A DNA stretch of 64,000 nt from Clostridia bacterium (GCA_026417615.1 JAOACY010000120.1:24709-88708), one strand, 5' to 3'. Positions 29,717 through 38,336 are shown, numbered from the stretch's first letter. Made by a program: numbers and translations. The notes: a model not told the origin generated them from the letters alone.

Positions 29717-30970
29717 ATGAATAAGAAGATTATTATTGGAAGTGTTATCGGAGTAATACTTATTGCAATAATTGCAGCTAACGTTATAAGGAGTTCAGGC
29801 TCAGTTTCTGCGTTTTCAGGCGGCAGGACCTTTGATGTAAAGGTTCAGAAGGTTGAAAAGGGGAATATATCTTCAACAATTTCTGCCAGCGGCGTAATTG
29901 AAGAAGTGGAAAAAAAGGAGATTTATTTTGAGACCCCCATGAAGGTCAAAAAGCTCTATGTGAAGAAAAACCAGAAGGTTTCAAAGGGAGAAAAGCTTGT
30001 TGAGCTGGAGCTTGACGCCCTGCAGTCCCAGCTGGAGCAGGAAAAGGTCAATAAGTCCGTGCAGGAGCTTGCTATACAGAGAGCTTTAAGTGGTACTGCG
30101 GAAAATAATGTAAAAAGTGCTGAGCTTGCTTATAATGACGCAAAGAAGAATTTTGAAAACAGTAAAGCTCTTTATGAGTCGGAGGCTATATCAAAAAGCG
30201 ATTACGAACGGGCTGAAAAGGCAGTCAAAGACGCTGAGATTGCTCTTAATACAGCAAGGAAGATGCTTGGCGGACAGGGAATAGACACCATGACACAGCA
30301 ACAGAGCCTTAAGGCGACAGAATTGAGGATTGCGGATATTGAAAGAAAGCTTAAAAAAATTGAGGAGAATTCCCTTAGCCCAATTGACGGGGTTATTGCG
30401 GAAATCAATATGGAAGAAGGCGGCTTTACAAGCAGCATGGCTCCTGCCTTCAAGCTGGTTAACCTTGAGAAGCTAAAAATTAAGGCAGATATCAAGGAAT
30501 ATGACATAAGAAGAGTTGCAGTCGGTCAGGATGTAAAAATAACGGGTGATGCCATTGACAAAAAAGATGAAGTGATGGGCAAGGTGAACAGTATATCACC
30601 GGTAGCCAAAAAAAGCAGGACAACAAGCGGAGAGGAAACTCTGATAGAGGTTTCCATTGATGTTGTAAAGAGCAGCACGGCTTTAAAGCCCGGACTTTCC
30701 GTTACCTGCGACATTATAACAAAGGTTAAGAATGATGTTCCCATTGTTTCCTTTGAAATGCTCAAGGAGGATAAGGATGGAAACAAGCTGGTATTTGTTG
30801 TTGATAAGGATAACATAATGCGTGAAAGGAAAGTAGAGCTTGGAATAACTTCCGATTTGAGCGCAGAGGTTGTTAAGGGGTTGGAAGTCGGTGATAATGT
30901 TGTGTTAAACGTCCAGCCAAGCTACAAGGATGGAGCAAGGGCTAAGATTATTAAAGACGAAAAGAAGTGA
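29717..30970 (+). CDS. Membrane-fusion (HlyD/MacA-type) periplasmic adaptor (YknX-like)
   Basis: It has an N-terminal TM anchor. The lipoyl halves are VKKNQKVSKGEKLVELE and SPIDGVIAEINMEEG. A long coiled-coil hairpin and a beta-barrel (VGQDVKITGDA) are present. Confidence 0.85.
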   Translation: MNKKIIIGSVIGVILIAIIAANVIRSSGSVSAFSGGRTFDVKVQKVEKGNISSTISASGVIEEVEKKEIYFETPMKVKKLYVKKNQKVSKGEKLVELELDALQSQLEQEKVNKSVQELAIQRALSGTAENNVKSAELAYNDAKKNFENSKALYESEAISKSDYERAEKAVKDAEIALNTARKMLGGQGIDTMTQQQSLKATELRIADIERKLKKIEENSLSPIDGVIAEINMEEGGFTSSMAPAFKLVNLEKLKIKADIKEYDIRRVAVGQDVKITGDAIDKKDEVMGKVNSISPVAKKSRTTSGEETLIEVSIDVVKSSTALKPGLSVTCDIITKVKNDVPIVSFEMLKEDKDGNKLVFVVDKDNIMRERKVELGITSDLSAEVVKGLEVGDNVVLNVQPSYKDGARAKIIKDEKK

Positions 30971-30980
30971 GGGAGGGCGT

Positions 30981-32186
30981 ATGAATTTTTCTGAAAGCTT
31001 CAAACAAGCCTTTGACAGCCTTCGGGCCAACAAGCTGCGCTCCATACTCACCATGCTCGGAATAATAATGGGTGTATTTTCGGTAATTACCATTGTTGCT
31101 ATAGGCAACGCCGCTCAGGCTTACCTTGATGCCGAATTTGAAAAGCTGGGTGCGAATGTTATCCAGGTGCAGCACAAATCAAAGACGACAAATCAAAGCG
31201 ACTGGCTTGTATGGGAGGATATTGAGACTATCAAGAAGGTGGCGCCCGAAATAAAGAATATATCCGGCGCCTATCAGACAATGGGAGAAGTGAAGATAGG
31301 AGCAAAGGTCAGAGACTCGGTTGCATATGGCTGCGATGCCCAGACAAGGAACTTTGAAGTGGTTGAAATGGCCGCCGGGCGTTATATAAGCGATATGGAC
31401 AACTCAACAAGGGCAAATGTTGTAGTTGTTGAAGAGACTTATGCAAAAAAATACTATAAAAGGTCCGATATATTGGGCGAATACGTTATATTGAGGCGTC
31501 CTTCGGGAGAAACCATCAAGCTTAAGGTTGTTGGGGTTATTAAGAGCGAGGGGAGTTTCTTTGAGAATATGGCAGGGGATAATTGGCCTGTTATATTAAG
31601 AGTTCCTCTTTCTACCTTGCAGGCATTCTATGGGGATAAAAAGCTTACCGAGATTAACATCTCGGTTTTAGACAAGGCAAAGCTCAAGGAGATAGGCGAG
31701 CGAGTTGTAAAAGCTCTTGAATTCAAGCATAAGAATAAGGACAAATATATGGCTACAAACTCAGCAGACATCCAGAAATCTCTATCCAATGTTATGGGTG
31801 TAATATCCTCGGTTCTGCTGGTTATAGCCATCATTACATTGATTGTCGGAGGAATAGGAATAGTGAATATCCTTCTGGTATCTGTCACCGAAAGAATACG
31901 TGAGATTGGCATAAGAAAGGCTCTCGGTGCGCAGAAAAAAGACATTGTTGTGCAGTTCCTGACTGAATCGGTTATCATGACAGGCTTCAGCGGCCTTGTC
32001 GGAATACTGCTGGGTGTGGTTGCGGGAAGCATAATATCGGCAATGATTAAGATACCTCCGGTTGTGGATATTGTTGTTATTTTTGCATCCTTCCTTGGCT
32101 CGGTTGCCCTTGGCCTGATTTTCGGGGTTTACCCGGCCAAGAGGGCGGCAGACCTTGATCCTATAGAGTCCTTAAGGTATGAATAA
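30981..32186 (+). CDS. MacB-type ABC permease, FtsX family (YknZ-like)
   Basis: SLRANKLRS.LT.LGI.IGV is present with a large extracytoplasmic domain. The C-terminal FtsX motif is ERIREIGIRKALGA...YPA.RAA.LDPIE.LRYE. Confidence 0.9.
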   Translation: MNFSESFKQAFDSLRANKLRSILTMLGIIMGVFSVITIVAIGNAAQAYLDAEFEKLGANVIQVQHKSKTTNQSDWLVWEDIETIKKVAPEIKNISGAYQTMGEVKIGAKVRDSVAYGCDAQTRNFEVVEMAAGRYISDMDNSTRANVVVVEETYAKKYYKRSDILGEYVILRRPSGETIKLKVVGVIKSEGSFFENMAGDNWPVILRVPLSTLQAFYGDKKLTEINISVLDKAKLKEIGERVVKALEFKHKNKDKYMATNSADIQKSLSNVMGVISSVLLVIAIITLIVGGIGIVNILLVSVTERIREIGIRKALGAQKKDIVVQFLTESVIMTGFSGLVGILLGVVAGSIISAMIKIPPVVDIVVIFASFLGSVALGLIFGVYPAKRAADLDPIESLRYE

Positions 32187-32197
32187 GAAGCATTGAG

Positions 32198-32252
32198 GGA
32201 ACGGTTCTTGAATGGTGCCGTGGTACCATTTAAGAACCGTTCCTTATTTTTT
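32198..32252 (+). terminator. Strong rho-independent terminator after the exporter operon
   Basis: GGAACGGTTCTT (32198-32209) pairs with AAGAACCGTTCC (32232-32243). An inner AATGGT/ACCATT helix extends the stem. TTATTTTTT follows (32244-32252). Confidence 0.75.
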
Positions 32253-32268
32253 GATTAAGGTGATAATT

Positions 32269-33996
32269 ATGTTAAGATTATTCAGATTTTTAAAGCCTTA
32301 TATTTTATCTTTATCTATAATGCTGGTGCTTATTTTTATGCAGACACTGGCTGACTTATACCTGCCAACCCTTATGGCGGCAATTATTGACCGGGGAGTG
32401 ATGAAAAAGGATACGTTTTTTATTGTCAGAACGGGCGGATTTATGCTGCTTATTGCCGCAGGAGGAGTTTTGTGCGCCGTTGCGGCCAGCTTTCTGTCAG
32501 CCAAGGCTTCCTCGGGATTTGGCAGGATAATTCGCAGTAATGTTTTTAAACGCATTGAAAGCTTTTCGTTAAACGAATTTGACAAGCTGGGCACTTCAAC
32601 TCTTATAACAAGGACTACAAACGATATAACCCAGGTTCAGACGGTCACAATGATGATTATGCGTATGATGATAAGCGCGCCTATAATGGCGGTTGGAGGC
32701 ATTGTTATGGCTTTTTCAAAGGATAAGCCTCTTACTGTCGTCCTTGCTGTTGCGTTGCCTTTGCTTGCTGCTGCTATTACTCTTATAGCAGTCAAGGGCT
32801 TGCCGCTTTTCAAGCTGATGCAGGTAAAGCTTGATAAATTGAATCTGGTTCTGAGGGAGAATCTCACGGGAATAAGGGTCATCAGGGCCTTTAACAGGGT
32901 TGACTACGAGAAGTCGCGCTTTAATGAGGCAAATGCCGATCTGACAGACAACTATATAAGGGTTAACAGGATTATGGCGTTGATGATGCCTTTGCTTATG
33001 CTCATAATGAACTTCACAACCATTGCCATAATATGGTTTGGGGTTATTCGGATAGATTCGGGAGAAATGCAGGTCGGCTCTCTGATTGCATTTGTTCAGT
33101 ATTCCGCTTTGATTATGTTTTCCATGCTCATGCTTTCCATGATGTTTGTAATGGTGCCTCGTGCACAGGCTGCCGCAGTCAGGATAAATGAAGTCCTTGA
33201 GGTTGTACCAGAGATAAATGATCCCAAGGTATGCAAGGATACGGGAAGCAAGAGGGGACATATTGAATTCAGGGATGTAACCTTCAGTTATCATGGTGCT
33301 GAACAGCCTGCACTAAGGAACATTTCCTTCAGTGCGAAGCCCGGTGAGGTTACAGCCATTATAGGAAGCACAGGCTCAGGAAAATCAACCCTCATAAACC
33401 TTATACCCAGGTTTTATGATGTTGACAGCGGGAGTGTAATGGTTGACGGAGTGGATGTCCGAGAGATGAGCCAGAGCAGCTTAAGGAGCAGGATTGGTTT
33501 TGTGCCTCAGAAAAATGTGCTGTTTTCAGGGACCATAAGAGAAAATATAAGAGTAGGAAAGGATAATGCTTCTGACAGCGAGATTGAGAAGGCTGCAGAA
33601 ATTGCTCAGGCAATAGAATTTATTTCCGGTATGGAGGATGGCTTTCAGCACAACATATCACAGGGAGGAGCAAACATATCCGGAGGACAGAAGCAGAGGC
33701 TTTCAATTGCTCGTGCCCTGGTAAGGAAGCCTGAAATATATATTTTCGATGACAGCTTTTCAGCTATTGATTTTAAAACGGATGCAAAGCTGCGTGCCGC
33801 ATTGAAACAGGAAACAGAGGGTTCAACTGTATTGATTGTTGCTCAGAGGGTAGGCACTGTAATGGATGCAAACAAAATCATTGTTCTGGACAACGGCGCG
33901 ATTGTCGGTATGGGAACTCACAGTGAGCTCCTGAAAACCTGTGCGGTATACCGTGAAATCGTAGCCTCGCAGCTGCCGGAGGAGGAAACAGTATGA
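32269..33996 (+). CDS. ABC exporter half-transporter (TMD-NBD), degenerate-site subunit
   Basis: Six TM segments plus an NBD. Walker A is GSTGSGKST and the signature is ISGGQKQRLSIARAL. Walker B reads IYIFDDSFS, with Asp in place of the catalytic Glu. The ATG follows an AAGGTGA RBS. Confidence 0.88.
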   Translation: MLRLFRFLKPYILSLSIMLVLIFMQTLADLYLPTLMAAIIDRGVMKKDTFFIVRTGGFMLLIAAGGVLCAVAASFLSAKASSGFGRIIRSNVFKRIESFSLNEFDKLGTSTLITRTTNDITQVQTVTMMIMRMMISAPIMAVGGIVMAFSKDKPLTVVLAVALPLLAAAITLIAVKGLPLFKLMQVKLDKLNLVLRENLTGIRVIRAFNRVDYEKSRFNEANADLTDNYIRVNRIMALMMPLLMLIMNFTTIAIIWFGVIRIDSGEMQVGSLIAFVQYSALIMFSMLMLSMMFVMVPRAQAAAVRINEVLEVVPEINDPKVCKDTGSKRGHIEFRDVTFSYHGAEQPALRNISFSAKPGEVTAIIGSTGSGKSTLINLIPRFYDVDSGSVMVDGVDVREMSQSSLRSRIGFVPQKNVLFSGTIRENIRVGKDNASDSEIEKAAEIAQAIEFISGMEDGFQHNISQGGANISGGQKQRLSIARALVRKPEIYIFDDSFSAIDFKTDAKLRAALKQETEGSTVLIVAQRVGTVMDANKIIVLDNGAIVGMGTHSELLKTCAVYREIVASQLPEEETV

Positions 33997-35858
33997 GCGC
34001 AGCAGGAAGAGGACCGCAAGTTTCGCAGAGGCAAGGGGGTGACATCCAAAAAGGCGGACCGGGAGGAGCCCTCGTGAGACCCGTAGAAAAAGCAAAAAAT
34101 TTCAGAGGAACTTTAAAAAGGCTTTTAGGATATATCAAGCCGCATAGAATCAAATTGGCTGTGGTTTTCATCTTTGCAATAGCCAGCACAGCCTTCACTA
34201 TATCAGCACCTATGATAACAGGGCTTGCTATGGACAAGATCTATGAAGGAATAAAAACAGCGGGCGGAAGAATTGATTTTACAGGAATAGCACAGATTTT
34301 GCTTGGCCTTGCCGTTATATATTTTCTCAGCTCTTTATTTGGATTTGTTATGCAGTATGTAATGTCGTATGTTGCGCAGATGACTGTATATGATATGAGG
34401 AAGGATGTGTCAGACAAGCTTGGCAGGCTGCCTCTCAAATATTATGATTCCAGGCCCCATGGAGAAATATTAAGCAGAGTGACCAATGATATCGATACGA
34501 TATCCACGACCCTTCAGCAAAGCTTGACTCAGCTTATTACTTCAATTGTCCAGATTTTGGGATATATAGCTATGATGCTGATTATCAGTCCAACCATGAC
34601 TTTGGTTGTGCTTGCCACCTTGCCGGCGTATATTTTTGTAACAAGCTTTGTGGCAAAGAAATCCCAAAGGTATTTTGCAGCCCAGCAAAAGGCCATGGGT
34701 GAGCTGAGCGGCCATGTGGAAGAGATGTTTACGGGACATAAGGTTGTCAAGGCCTTCGGGCGTGAACAAGAATCAATCGAAAGGTTTGAGAAAATAAACC
34801 AAAGGCTTTATGAGTCAAGCTGGAAGGCACAGTTTGTTTCAGGCATAATGTTTCCTATGATGAACTTTGTCAGCAACCTGGGGTATGTTATGATTAGCGT
34901 TCTGGGGGGGATATGGATTGCCGGAGGGAGGCTTAACCTCGGGGACATAACTGCCTTCATACAGTATTCAAGATCCTTTACAATGCCTATAGTTCAGACG
35001 GCAAATATTGCAAACATAATTCAGTCTACAGTGGCTTGCGCCGAGAGGGTTTTTGAAGTGCTGGATGAGGAAGAGGAAGCTGCCGACCAAGTTAACGCAA
35101 AAGAATTGGCAGATGCTGCCGGCATTGTCAAATTTGAAAATGTTGCGTTCAGGTACAAAGAGGATGTGCCTCTTATTGAGAATCTTAACCTCGATGTAAA
35201 GCCGGGACACACCATTGCCATAGTTGGACCTACAGGAGCGGGGAAAACAACCCTGGTGAACCTGCTTATGCGGTTTTACGAGCTAAATGGAGGGAAAATT
35301 ACCATTGATGGAGTCGATATAAAGGATATGCGCCGCGAAGGACTAAGAAGTCTTTTCGGAATGGTGCTGCAGGATACATGGCTTTTCAACGGCACTATAC
35401 GTGATAATATTGCATATGGACGAGCCGGGGCAACTGAGGAGGAAATTGTAAAGGCCGCAAAAGCCGCTTACGCAGACCGCTTTATAAGGACTCTTCCAGA
35501 TGGGTACGACACTATATTGAATGAAGAGGCCACAAACATATCACAGGGGCAAAAGCAGCTGCTGACTATTGCCCGTGCCATACTTGCGAATCCCAGCATT
35601 TTGATTCTTGATGAAGCCACAAGCAGCGTTGATACAAGAACTGAGGTTCTAATTCAAAAGGCGATGGAGAACCTGATGAAGGGCAGAACCAGTTTTGTAA
35701 TTGCTCACAGGCTTTCTACCATAAGGGATGCAGAACTTATTCTTGTAATGAGCAATGGGCGCATTATTGAGAAGGGGAGCCACAAGCAGCTTATGGCAAA
35801 AGGCGGAGTCTACGCGGAATTGTACAACAGCCAGTTTTCTGCTGCAGGTAAAGCTTAG
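33993..35858 (+). CDS. ABC exporter half-transporter (TMD-NBD), consensus-site subunit
   Basis: Walker A is GPTGAGKTT and Walker B with catalytic Glu is ILILDEATS. The signature is degenerate (ISQGQKQ). The start overlaps the upstream stop codon (ATGA). Confidence 0.88.
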   Translation: MSAAGRGPQVSQRQGGDIQKGGPGGALVRPVEKAKNFRGTLKRLLGYIKPHRIKLAVVFIFAIASTAFTISAPMITGLAMDKIYEGIKTAGGRIDFTGIAQILLGLAVIYFLSSLFGFVMQYVMSYVAQMTVYDMRKDVSDKLGRLPLKYYDSRPHGEILSRVTNDIDTISTTLQQSLTQLITSIVQILGYIAMMLIISPTMTLVVLATLPAYIFVTSFVAKKSQRYFAAQQKAMGELSGHVEEMFTGHKVVKAFGREQESIERFEKINQRLYESSWKAQFVSGIMFPMMNFVSNLGYVMISVLGGIWIAGGRLNLGDITAFIQYSRSFTMPIVQTANIANIIQSTVACAERVFEVLDEEEEAADQVNAKELADAAGIVKFENVAFRYKEDVPLIENLNLDVKPGHTIAIVGPTGAGKTTLVNLLMRFYELNGGKITIDGVDIKDMRREGLRSLFGMVLQDTWLFNGTIRDNIAYGRAGATEEEIVKAAKAAYADRFIRTLPDGYDTILNEEATNISQGQKQLLTIARAILANPSILILDEATSSVDTRTEVLIQKAMENLMKGRTSFVIAHRLSTIRDAELILVMSNGRIIEKGSHKQLMAKGGVYAELYNSQFSAAGKA

Positions 35859-35873
35859 AGGCATAATAATATT

Positions 35874-35915
35874 GATTCTACTGCAATTGAGAAAATGGGT
35901 TGTTGCAGTAGAATC
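35874..35915 (+). mobile_element. 42-bp minimal derivative of the repeat family (copy D)
   Basis: GATTCTACTGCAA ... TTGCAGTAGAATC are perfect 13-bp inverted termini. They enclose the GAAAATGGGT subterminal motif. The copy lies 16 nt after the ABC exporter stop codon. Confidence 0.65.
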
Positions 35916-36012
35916 ATAATACATTACAAAATATGGCTTACACTTACCATTTATAAACTCAAGCTTTTTTGGAACTTATTTTCTAATAAATGTATTAAGC
36001 TTTAGTACAGAT

Positions 36013-36046
36013 TGTTCACAAAATGTTCACATAGATAAGATAAAAT
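36013..36046 (+). promoter_or_regulatory. Direct-repeat operator plus -10 upstream of the response regulator
   Basis: TGTTCACA (36013-36020) and TGTTCACA (36024-36031) have an 11-bp period. After 9 nt comes TAAAAT (36041-36046). Confidence 0.5.
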
Positions 36047-36079
36047 TGTGGTGGGATATAAGTATCCCACCACAATTTT
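36042..36079. repeat. Perfect 17-bp inverted repeat with a 4-nt loop
   Basis: AAAATTGTGGTGGGATA-taag-TATCCCACCACAATTTT. An A-run lies on one side and a T-run on the other, which is the geometry of a bidirectional terminator. It ends 13 nt before the RR start codon. Confidence 0.6.
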
Positions 36080-36092
36080 TAAGGGTGATTAT

Positions 36093-36770
36093 ATGGCTGG
36101 ATTCAGGATATTAATTGCAGACGACGAAGAACGCATCAGGAGGCTTATTACAGACTTCCTCAAGCTTGAGGGGTTTGAGGTTGTTGAAGCAGCAGATGGA
36201 AGGGCAGCCTTTGACATTTTTATTTCTGATCAAAAGCTTGACATGGTAATTCTGGATGTTATGATGCCTGAAATGGATGGCTGGACGGTATGCTCCAAGA
36301 TAAGAAAAATGTCCCATGTACCCATAATTATGCTCACAGCTAGAAGTGAACCTTCAGATGAAATATACGGCTTTGGACTGGGTGCTGATGAGTACATTAC
36401 AAAGCCTTTCAACCCTATGATATTGCTTGCTAGGGTGCAAGCCCTTCTAAGAAGATCAGGCAGCAGCAAAGAAGATGTCAGGATTTTTGAAAGCCTTAGG
36501 ATTGATCAGGCAGGACATGCTGTTTATGTTGATGATGAAGAAGTTGAGTTAAGTCCCAAGGAATTTGAGCTGTTGATGTTTATGGCAAATAACGAGGGCA
36601 TAGCACTTACTAGGGATCAGATACTAAACAGTGTATGGGATTATGACTATTTTGGGGATGTTAGGACTGTAGATACTCATATAAAGAAGCTGAGGCTGAA
36701 GCTTGGAAAAGCAGGGGATTATATACAGACAATCCGTGGACACGGATATAAGTTTGAGGTGAAGGAATGA
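36093..36770 (+). CDS. OmpR/PhoB-family response regulator
   Basis: The receiver domain has ILIADDEE and MVILDVMMPEMDG. The winged-helix output domain has LSPKEFELL...RTVDTHIKKLR.KL..IQTIRG.GYKF. Confidence 0.92.
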   Translation: MAGFRILIADDEERIRRLITDFLKLEGFEVVEAADGRAAFDIFISDQKLDMVILDVMMPEMDGWTVCSKIRKMSHVPIIMLTARSEPSDEIYGFGLGADEYITKPFNPMILLARVQALLRRSGSSKEDVRIFESLRIDQAGHAVYVDDEEVELSPKEFELLMFMANNEGIALTRDQILNSVWDYDYFGDVRTVDTHIKKLRLKLGKAGDYIQTIRGHGYKFEVKE

Positions 36771-38245
36771 AGATATCTTTGCGCTTGAAATTCTTTGCAG
36801 GGGTCAGTGGCTTGATAGCTTTTTTTGTAATTGTTTGCTGGCTGTCCAATAATCTGTTTCTGGAAAGGTTTTACTTAACTCAGAAAAAGTATACGCTTCT
36901 TGAAAGCTACAAGAATATAAATAGTATTTACAAGGATGACAGCGAGAACACCCATCTGGAATTGGAAAAGCTTGAAAGTGCAAGGAATATCCAAATAATA
37001 ATATTTAATGAATATGAAATAAAATATATCTCAAATGCCAGGATAAGAGAATTAAGGCCAAGATGGCAGGGAAGAATGACTCCGCATGACAGGCCTCAAT
37101 TTCCGGACAACCTTATTAAATCCAGAGAAGAACAGATTGCAATCGGAAGGACAATTATTGAGAATATTAAGGATGACAGGCTTAATGCAAGTTTCATCAG
37201 GCTTTATTCAAGGCTTGAAAAAGGAGACTATGTGTATATTAGCACTCCTGTGGCAGCTATAAAAGAGAGTGTCCAAACAACAAACAGCTTCTTTTTGCTG
37301 ATTGGCTTATTGACTTTGTTTTTTGGGACTATTCTTGTGTTTTTTTTTACTGGAAAGTTTACCGGGCCTATACTGGAGTTGAAGGATATTGCCCAAAGGA
37401 TGTCTTCTTTGGATTTCAGCAGAAGGTATAATGGAAAAACAACTGACGAAATAGGCGAACTTGGGAGAAGTATAAACTCTCTGTCCGAACAGCTTCAGAA
37501 GTCTATTTTGGAGCTGAAAGCTGCAAATGAAAAGCTTATAGAGGACATTGAGCATAAAAACAAAATAGATGAAATGAGAAAGGAATTCATTGCAAGTGTT
37601 TCCCATGAGCTAAAAACACCCATATCGCTTATTCAGGGGTATGCTCTGGGTTTGAAACTGAATGTAAATAAGGAAGAGCAAAACAAAAATTTTTATTGTG
37701 ATGTGATAATGGAAGAAGGAGTGAAAGTAAATAAGCTGGTAAAGCAGCTTCTTGAATTGGCTCAAATAGAATCTGGAGCAATAAAGCTTGACAGAACTGA
37801 CTTTATGATAGATCAGCTTGTTGATGATACTATAAAAAAGAATGAAATCCTATTCAAGGACAAGGAAGTAAATATTGAGCTGGATGTTGAAGAGGGTATT
37901 CCTGTAAACGCTGACTACGATAAGACAGAACAGATTCTGATGAATTACTTAAGTAATGCTTTGAACCATGTTGATGATAACAAAAAAATAAGGGTAACTG
38001 TAAGACGGTTAGCTTCAAAGGCCATCGTTCGTGTGTATAATTCAGGAGAGCATATCCCTAAGGACAGTCTAGATAAGATATGGGCAAGCTTTTATAAGGT
38101 CGATAAGGCCAGAACAAGAGCATATGGAGGGTCTGGTTTAGGCTTGTCCATAGTCAGGGCAATTCAGGAAATGCACCATAATAAATACGGAGTAGAAAAT
38201 GTTGATGGGGGAGTTGAATTCTGGTTTGATATTGATGCTTCATAA
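36767..38245 (+). CDS. Sensor histidine kinase (TM-sensor-TM-HAMP-HisKA-HATPase)
   Basis: Two TM segments flank an extracytoplasmic domain of about 150 aa. The H-box is SVSHELKTP. N and G boxes are present (YLSNAL.H and GGSGLGLSIV). Confidence 0.9.
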   Translation: MKISLRLKFFAGVSGLIAFFVIVCWLSNNLFLERFYLTQKKYTLLESYKNINSIYKDDSENTHLELEKLESARNIQIIIFNEYEIKYISNARIRELRPRWQGRMTPHDRPQFPDNLIKSREEQIAIGRTIIENIKDDRLNASFIRLYSRLEKGDYVYISTPVAAIKESVQTTNSFFLLIGLLTLFFGTILVFFFTGKFTGPILELKDIAQRMSSLDFSRRYNGKTTDEIGELGRSINSLSEQLQKSILELKAANEKLIEDIEHKNKIDEMRKEFIASVSHELKTPISLIQGYALGLKLNVNKEEQNKNFYCDVIMEEGVKVNKLVKQLLELAQIESGAIKLDRTDFMIDQLVDDTIKKNEILFKDKEVNIELDVEEGIPVNADYDKTEQILMNYLSNALNHVDDNKKIRVTVRRLASKAIVRVYNSGEHIPKDSLDKIWASFYKVDKARTRAYGGSGLGLSIVRAIQEMHHNKYGVENVDGGVEFWFDIDAS

Positions 38246-38258
38246 TTATTTAACCAAG

Positions 38259-38292
38259 TGTTCACAAGATGAACACACAGTGTCGCTAGAAT
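38259..38292 (+). promoter_or_regulatory. Direct-repeat operator plus -10 upstream of the second exporter operon
   Basis: TGTTCACA (38259-38266) and TGAACACA (38270-38277) have an 11-bp period. After 9 nt comes TAGAAT (38287-38292). The geometry is the same as at 36013-36046. Confidence 0.5.
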
Positions 38293-38336
38293 GTAAATAA
38301 GAAGTATATAAATGGATGCGAGAGGAGAAACAGCAT

